Shown here piece after piece: positions 58,877-64,000 of a stretch of DNA of 64,000 nucleotides. The notes below the pieces were generated by a model. The model was given only the letters and a program-made list of their open reading frames with translations, searched no databases and had not been told where the DNA came from. This DNA is from Ferruginibacter sp. (lineage in GTDB: Bacteria; Bacteroidota; Bacteroidia; Chitinophagales; Chitinophagaceae), in assembly GCA_040002495.1 (NCBI GenBank), contig JBDUEK010000004.1, positions 29,342-93,341 on the forward strand, in the 5' to 3' direction. Both the position numbers and the translations under genes were made by a program. Position 1 is the first letter of the stretch; each line of letters begins with the position of its first letter.

Positions 58877-60157
58877 ATGCAAAGAGATACATTGGTTTTT
58901 GATATAATTGGTAAAGAATTGGAGCGTCAGCGGAATGGACTTGAGTTAATTGCTTCTGAAAATTTCACTTCTCTGCAAGTCATCCAGGCTTCAGGAAGTG
59001 TAATGACTAATAAATATGCCGAAGGTTATCCCGGTAGAAGATATTATGCTGGTTGCGAGTTTGTTGACCAGACAGAACAATTGGCCATTGACCGTATCAA
59101 ACAAATTTTTGATTGTGATTATGCCAACGTGCAGCCACATAGCGGAGCCCAGGCCAATGCTGCCGTAGCATTGGCGGTATTGCAGCCCGGCGATAAAATA
59201 CTTGGGCTCGACCTTAGCATGGGCGGCCATCTTACACATGGATCTCCGGTGAATTATTCAGGTAAAACTTATGAGGCACATTTTTATGGTGTGGTAAAAG
59301 AAACTGGCTTAATTGACTATGACACACTGGAAGAAAAGGCAAGAACTTTCAGGCCCAAACTTATTTTTTGCGGAGCTTCTGCATACAGCCGTGATTGGGA
59401 TTATGCCCGTATACGGAAAGTGGCTGACGAGGTAGGTGCATTCTTACAATGTGATATGGCACACCCGGCAGGATTAATTGCGAAAGGTTTATTAAGTTCT
59501 CCATTTGAACATTGTCATTTTGTTACCTCCACTACCCACAAAACTTTGCGTGGACCAAGAGGTGGTGTTATTTTAATGAAGAAAGATTTTGAAAATCCTT
59601 TTGGCTTAAAAGATGTAAAAGGTAACGTGCGCATGATGAGTAACCTGATGGACATGGCTGTTTTTCCAGGAATTCAGGGTGGACCTTTACAACATATTAT
59701 TGCAGCAAAAGCTGTTGCGTTTGGTGAAATATTGACAGATGAATTTGGCGATTATGCAAAGCAAGTAGTAACCAATGCCCAGGCAATGGCAAAAGCTTTT
59801 GTAGATAAAGATTATCAACTAATAAGTAATGGTACAGACAACCACTTAATGCTAATTGATTTACGCAACAAAAACATTAGTGGTAAAAAAGCGGAGCAGG
59901 CCCTGGTTAAAGCTGATATCACACTAAATAAAAACATGGTTCCTTTTGATGATAAAAGCGCTTTTGTAACCTCGGGTATCCGTGTAGGTACACCTGCACT
60001 TACTACCAGGGGATTAAAGGAAGATGATATGCAGTTTGTGGTAAACATGATTGACAATGTGTTGATGAATGCTGATGATGAGCATACCATTCAATCGGTT
60101 AAAAAACAGGTAAATGAATTTATGAGCCAGTTTAGTTTATATCCTGAATTGGGATAA
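58877..60157 (+). CDS. glyA: Serine hydroxymethyltransferase
   Basis: [39 protein letters not shown]; ATG at 58877 chosen because the TATATTTG promoter element at 58850-58857 lies inside the longer ORF call. Confidence 0.98.
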   Translation: MQRDTLVFDIIGKELERQRNGLELIASENFTSLQVIQASGSVMTNKYAEGYPGRRYYAGCEFVDQTEQLAIDRIKQIFDCDYANVQPHSGAQANAAVALAVLQPGDKILGLDLSMGGHLTHGSPVNYSGKTYEAHFYGVVKETGLIDYDTLEEKARTFRPKLIFCGASAYSRDWDYARIRKVADEVGAFLQCDMAHPAGLIAKGLLSSPFEHCHFVTSTTHKTLRGPRGGVILMKKDFENPFGLKDVKGNVRMMSNLMDMAVFPGIQGGPLQHIIAAKAVAFGEILTDEFGDYAKQVVTNAQAMAKAFVDKDYQLISNGTDNHLMLIDLRNKNISGKKAEQALVKADITLNKNMVPFDDKSAFVTSGIRVGTPALTTRGLKEDDMQFVVNMIDNVLMNADDEHTIQSVKKQVNEFMSQFSLYPELG

Positions 60158-60177
60158 TCACAATCAAAAATAATGAG

Positions 60178-60588
60178 ATGATACAACGTGTACAGTCTGT
60201 TTGGCTTTTAATTGCATCAATACTAGCTTTCCTGTCTTTGAAGCTTTCATTTTATAGCGGCACCCATTTACCAGACAATGTATATCACCAGGTAACGGCA
60301 ACGGATAGCATATTATTGATGGTTACTTCAATAGCGCTGGGTATGCTTACTTTAATCACTATATTTCTTTATAAAACCAGGATCGTACAATTAAGATTAA
60401 CCATTCTTGCCATTGTACTTGATTTGTTGCTGGTTTATCTTTTTTACCGGCAAACCACCAGTTATACACAAGGCGACTACTCCATAACTGCGGCCATACA
60501 TATTATTATTATAGTAATGTTGTTTATGGCTGCACGGGGAATTAACAAAGATGAAAAATTAATAAAAGATAGTGACAGGCTTCGTTAA
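60178..60588 (+). CDS. DUF4293-family membrane protein
   Basis: MIQRVQSVWLL start, ARGI.KDE.L.K.SDRLR end. Confidence 0.88.
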   Translation: MIQRVQSVWLLIASILAFLSLKLSFYSGTHLPDNVYHQVTATDSILLMVTSIALGMLTLITIFLYKTRIVQLRLTILAIVLDLLLVYLFYRQTTSYTQGDYSITAAIHIIIIVMLFMAARGINKDEKLIKDSDRLR

Positions 60589-60596
60589 GGATTGGT

Positions 60597-63425
60597 TTAG
60601 AGAAACTTTCCTGTGTAACTTTCCTTGCATTTTTTTAAATCAGTTGGCTTGCCAGCAAATACCAGGTTGCCTCCTTCATCTCCGGCTTCGGGACCAAGGT
60701 CTATTACCCAATCTGCACTTTTAATTACATCGGTATTGTGCTCAATAACCAGGATGGTATGACCTTGCTCTATTAATGCATTAAAAGAAGCCAATAATTT
60801 TTTGATGTCGTTAAAATGAAGTCCGGTTGTTGGTTCATCAAAAATAAACAGGATATTCCCTTGCGATTTTCCTTTACCAAGAAAGGATGCCAGCTTTACA
60901 CGCTGTGCTTCGCCGCCAGAAAGTGTATTGCTTGATTGACCCAATTTTACATAGCCCAAACCCACGTCACTTAAGGGTTGTATCTTTTTTGCCACATCTC
61001 CCCCATCGTCCTTTTTTGATTTATCTTCTTTGAAAAATTCAATGGATTCATCCACACTCATTTCCAATACATCATAAATATTTTTTCCTTTAAATGTAAC
61101 TTCCAACACTTCTTCTTTAAATCTTTTTCCGCCGCACACTTCGCAGGTAAGATGAACATCTGCTAAAAACTGCATTTCTACCACTTGTTCTCCTTCACCT
61201 TTACAGGCATCACATCTTCCACCATCTACATTAAAAGAAAAATGTTTAGGTTGAAAACCACGCATTTTACTCAATGGCTGTTTACTGAATAATTCTCTTA
61301 TTTCATCGTAAGCTTTTATATAAGTAACCGGGTTACTACGGGAGGATTTACCAATGGGGTTTTGATCCACCATTTCTATCTGTGCTATCGAAGCCATATT
61401 ACCGGTAATTGCTTTGTGCATACCAGCTTTTTCAACTCCTTCACCCTTTAATTTTTGAAGTGCCGGGTAAAGTATTTGTTTTACCAATGTTGTTTTTCCA
61501 CTGCCACTTACACCACTTACAACACAAAAAACATTGAGCGGAAATTCAACCGTAATATTTTTCAAATTGTTTTGTCTTGCTCCCTCCACCTTGATGCTTT
61601 GGTTCCACTTACGCAGATGCTTTGGTGGTTCAATTTTCAAGACGCCGCTTAAATATTTTCCCGTAAGGCTCTTTTCATCAGCAATCAATTCATCAAAATT
61701 TCCAGCAGCCACCACTTCGCCTCCGAGGTGACTTGCCAACGGCCCCATGTCAATAATATGATCGGCCTCTCTCATCATCATTTCATCATGTTCTACAACT
61801 ACCACTGTGTTACCAAGGTCACGCAACTCCTTTAGCACACTGATCAAACGCACCGTATCCCTGCTGTGTAAACCAATGGAAGGTTCATCTAAAATATACA
61901 GTGAGTTGGTGAGGTTGCTACCAAGGCTACGTGTAAGTTGTATACGCTGGCTTTCTCCACCACTTAAAGAATTGGCAAGCCTGTTTAAGGTTAAATAGCC
62001 AAGACCCACATCCATCAATGTTTTGATGCGATGATGAATTTCAATTAATATTCTTTTTGATACCTGCTGATCATATTGGCTCAATGTCAATTCATCAAAC
62101 CATTTCTTTAAATCTTTTACAGGCAACGCACATAGCTGACCAATATGTTTGTCACCAACTTTTACATATAAAGCTTCTTTTCGCAAACGATAACCTTTAC
62201 AATCGGGGCAATTTGTTCTTCCTCTATACCTGCTTAATAATACGCGGTATTGAACTTTATATAGATTTTGTTCTACTTCCTTAAAAAAATCATTGATGCC
62301 ATTTACATAACTATTGCCTTCCCACAAAACCTGCAATTGTTCATCTGTTAAATCAATGATAGGTTTATGTACCGGAAAATTAAAACTCTTTGCAGCTCTG
62401 ACAAATGACTCTTTCCACTGACTGAGCTTTTCTCCTTTCCATGGGGCCACGGCACCTTCATACACACTTAATTGTTTGTTGGGAATTACCAGGTCATTAT
62501 CAATTCCCAACACCTGGCTAAAACCTTCACAGGTAGGGCATGCACCAAAAGGATTGTTGAATGAAAACAGGTTGGGCACCGGTTCTTCAAATTGAATTCC
62601 ATCTAATTCAAATTTATTGCTAAAGGGCAGCAATTTGTCTCCGTTTACTTCAATAGATAATTCTCCTTCGCCTTCATAAAATGCCGTGTTAACCGAATCG
62701 CTCATTCTATGTTGGTCATCTTCATCAAACTCCTTCGCTACCAGCCGGTCAATCAACAGGTAAACAATTCCATCCTTTTTTGAAAACGTCGGCTTATCTG
62801 ATTCGAGGAGTTCTTCTATTCGTACAATTTCCTTTTTCAGGTATAAACGTGTAAACCCCTTTTGCACCAGTATATTCAGTTCTTCTTTTACATCCCTGTT
62901 GGCGTGTTGCTTAAACGGTACCAATACCAGTATTTTATCCCCGATTGGTAGTGCAGTAATTGCCTTTATCACATCTGATACATCATCCTTTTTTACCTCT
63001 CTTCCACTCACGGGTGAAATAGTTTTACCTGCCCTTGCAAACAACAATCGCAGGTAGTCATAAATTTCGGTCATACTTCCCACCGTACTCCTTGGTGTAC
63101 GGGTAATTACTTTTTGTTCAATAGCAATGGCAGGACACAGGCCTTTTATGAAATCCACGTCTGGCTTATTCATGCGCTGCATAAACTGGCGTGCATAACT
63201 ACTTAAGCTTTCTGCATATCGCCGTTGCCCTTCGGCAAATAAAGTATCTATTGTTAATGAAGATTTACCCGAACCTGATACACCAGTTACTACCACCAGT
63301 TTATTGCGTGGTATGCTAACTGTTACATTCTTTAAATTGTGTACCCTTGCGCCTTTTATGAATATTTCATCCTTTTTTTCTGAAGGTGACGGGCTGTTTT
63401 TTTTACTGACTGTCTTTGTTCCCAT
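60597..63425 (-). CDS. uvrA: Excinuclease ABC subunit A
   Basis: Two ABC ATPase modules (GVSGSGKSS/T, LSGGE), Zn fingers; ATG at 63425 chosen because the TACTTTTG promoter element (63438-63445) lies within the longer call. Confidence 0.97.
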   Translation of the reverse strand: MGTKTVSKKNSPSPSEKKDEIFIKGARVHNLKNVTVSIPRNKLVVVTGVSGSGKSSLTIDTLFAEGQRRYAESLSSYARQFMQRMNKPDVDFIKGLCPAIAIEQKVITRTPRSTVGSMTEIYDYLRLLFARAGKTISPVSGREVKKDDVSDVIKAITALPIGDKILVLVPFKQHANRDVKEELNILVQKGFTRLYLKKEIVRIEELLESDKPTFSKKDGIVYLLIDRLVAKEFDEDDQHRMSDSVNTAFYEGEGELSIEVNGDKLLPFSNKFELDGIQFEEPVPNLFSFNNPFGACPTCEGFSQVLGIDNDLVIPNKQLSVYEGAVAPWKGEKLSQWKESFVRAAKSFNFPVHKPIIDLTDEQLQVLWEGNSYVNGINDFFKEVEQNLYKVQYRVLLSRYRGRTNCPDCKGYRLRKEALYVKVGDKHIGQLCALPVKDLKKWFDELTLSQYDQQVSKRILIEIHHRIKTLMDVGLGYLTLNRLANSLSGGESQRIQLTRSLGSNLTNSLYILDEPSIGLHSRDTVRLISVLKELRDLGNTVVVVEHDEMMMREADHIIDMGPLASHLGGEVVAAGNFDELIADEKSLTGKYLSGVLKIEPPKHLRKWNQSIKVEGARQNNLKNITVEFPLNVFCVVSGVSGSGKTTLVKQILYPALQKLKGEGVEKAGMHKAITGNMASIAQIEMVDQNPIGKSSRSNPVTYIKAYDEIRELFSKQPLSKMRGFQPKHFSFNVDGGRCDACKGEGEQVVEMQFLADVHLTCEVCGGKRFKEEVLEVTFKGKNIYDVLEMSVDESIEFFKEDKSKKDDGGDVAKKIQPLSDVGLGYVKLGQSSNTLSGGEAQRVKLASFLGKGKSQGNILFIFDEPTTGLHFNDIKKLLASFNALIEQGHTILVIEHNTDVIKSADWVIDLGPEAGDEGGNLVFAGKPTDLKKCKESYTGKFL

Positions 63426-63716
63426 TGTATTGTTTTGCAAAAGTACGGGGTTATTTTTCTTCATTAATAAATGTGAAATTCTTCCTAAAATCCATCACAC
63501 AATACATTTCGTAATTAGGATAGTTTATATTTATTTAAATAAGGCCACCAAAAAAAAAGTTAAAAATAATTTGGTGATATCATAATTAATCATATTTTCA
63601 CATTCCAATATCCAATAAAGTGAAAAGCCTGAACGCCTATCTGCACTAGACTTCTACGCTAAATTCTCATTATTGGTTCCAAACAAAGTCCTAACCAACA
63701 AAAACTGTAGAAGTTT

Positions 63717-64000
63717 ATGAAATGCCTTATTAACTTAACCGACCAACAATTGGTGCATCTTTACATAGATGGCAACACCAACGCCCTTGAAACCTTAGTA
63801 AACCGTTACAAGGACAGAATTTACACCTCAATTTATTTACTGGTAAAAGACAAGTACATGGCGGAAGACCTCTTCCAGGATGTATTTATCCGTATAATTG
63901 ACACCCTTAAAGGTGGCCGTTATACCGACGAAGGTAAATTTTTACCGTGGGCACTTCGTATTGCGCACAACATGTGTGTAGATCATTTTAGAAAAGTGAA
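63717..64000 (+). CDS. ECF-type RNA polymerase sigma-70 factor (5' part only)
   Basis: Hand translation MKCLINLTDQQLV...LVNRYKDRIY...AEDLFQDVF...KFLPWALRIAHNMCVDHFRK, i.e. sigma region 2. Confidence 0.93.
   Translation, partial: MKCLINLTDQQLVHLYIDGNTNALETLVNRYKDRIYTSIYLLVKDKYMAEDLFQDVFIRIIDTLKGGRYTDEGKFLPWALRIAHNMCVDHFRKV

Noticed and set aside
63446-63545. SOS/LexA-type operator upstream of uvrA
   Set aside because: No convincing palindrome; TCC-N5-TCC at about 63483 is not an inverted repeat.

Overview
This is a 64-kb chromosomal stretch of mostly housekeeping genes from a Bacteroidota bacterium. The T9SS/gliding genes, TAnnTTTG promoters and gene order suggest Chitinophagaceae (inference). 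In order it holds: the elongasome operon (mreB-mreC-mreD-mrdA-rodA, rodA truncated by the window edge), purD, a POT transporter, a DUF1800/DUF1501 pair and serS; a long plus-strand envelope run (PPIase, gcvH, murA, gmk, gldC, Omp85 paralogue, NAD kinase, porG-like, uppS, bamA, two skp/ompH, murI); rpmH-rnpA-yidD; an oxidative-stress/respiration patch (sodA, gpx, cydAB); tRNA-Pro and tRNA-Ser; dnaA; a split 5'-nucleotidase; an ABC exporter; a Wza/Wzz-like pair; glyA; uvrA; and the start of an ECF sigma factor. I saw no transposase, integrase, prophage, CRISPR array or defence island. The most unusual signals are non-coding. (1) A 115-bp MITE with perfect 22-bp terminal inverted repeats and an 8-bp target-site duplication carries two REP-like hairpins inside the mre operon. 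(2) A REP-doublet cassette is bracketed by ~50-bp direct repeats upstream of serS. (3) A structured leader pairs up to the start codon of the ECF sigma gene. Protein-level oddities include a near CTD-only T9SS cargo, an SSB-like DDLPF tail on DUF3127, a rewired metal site in PBP2 and an Asp-type MurA. No databases were searched; family names come from motif recognition.
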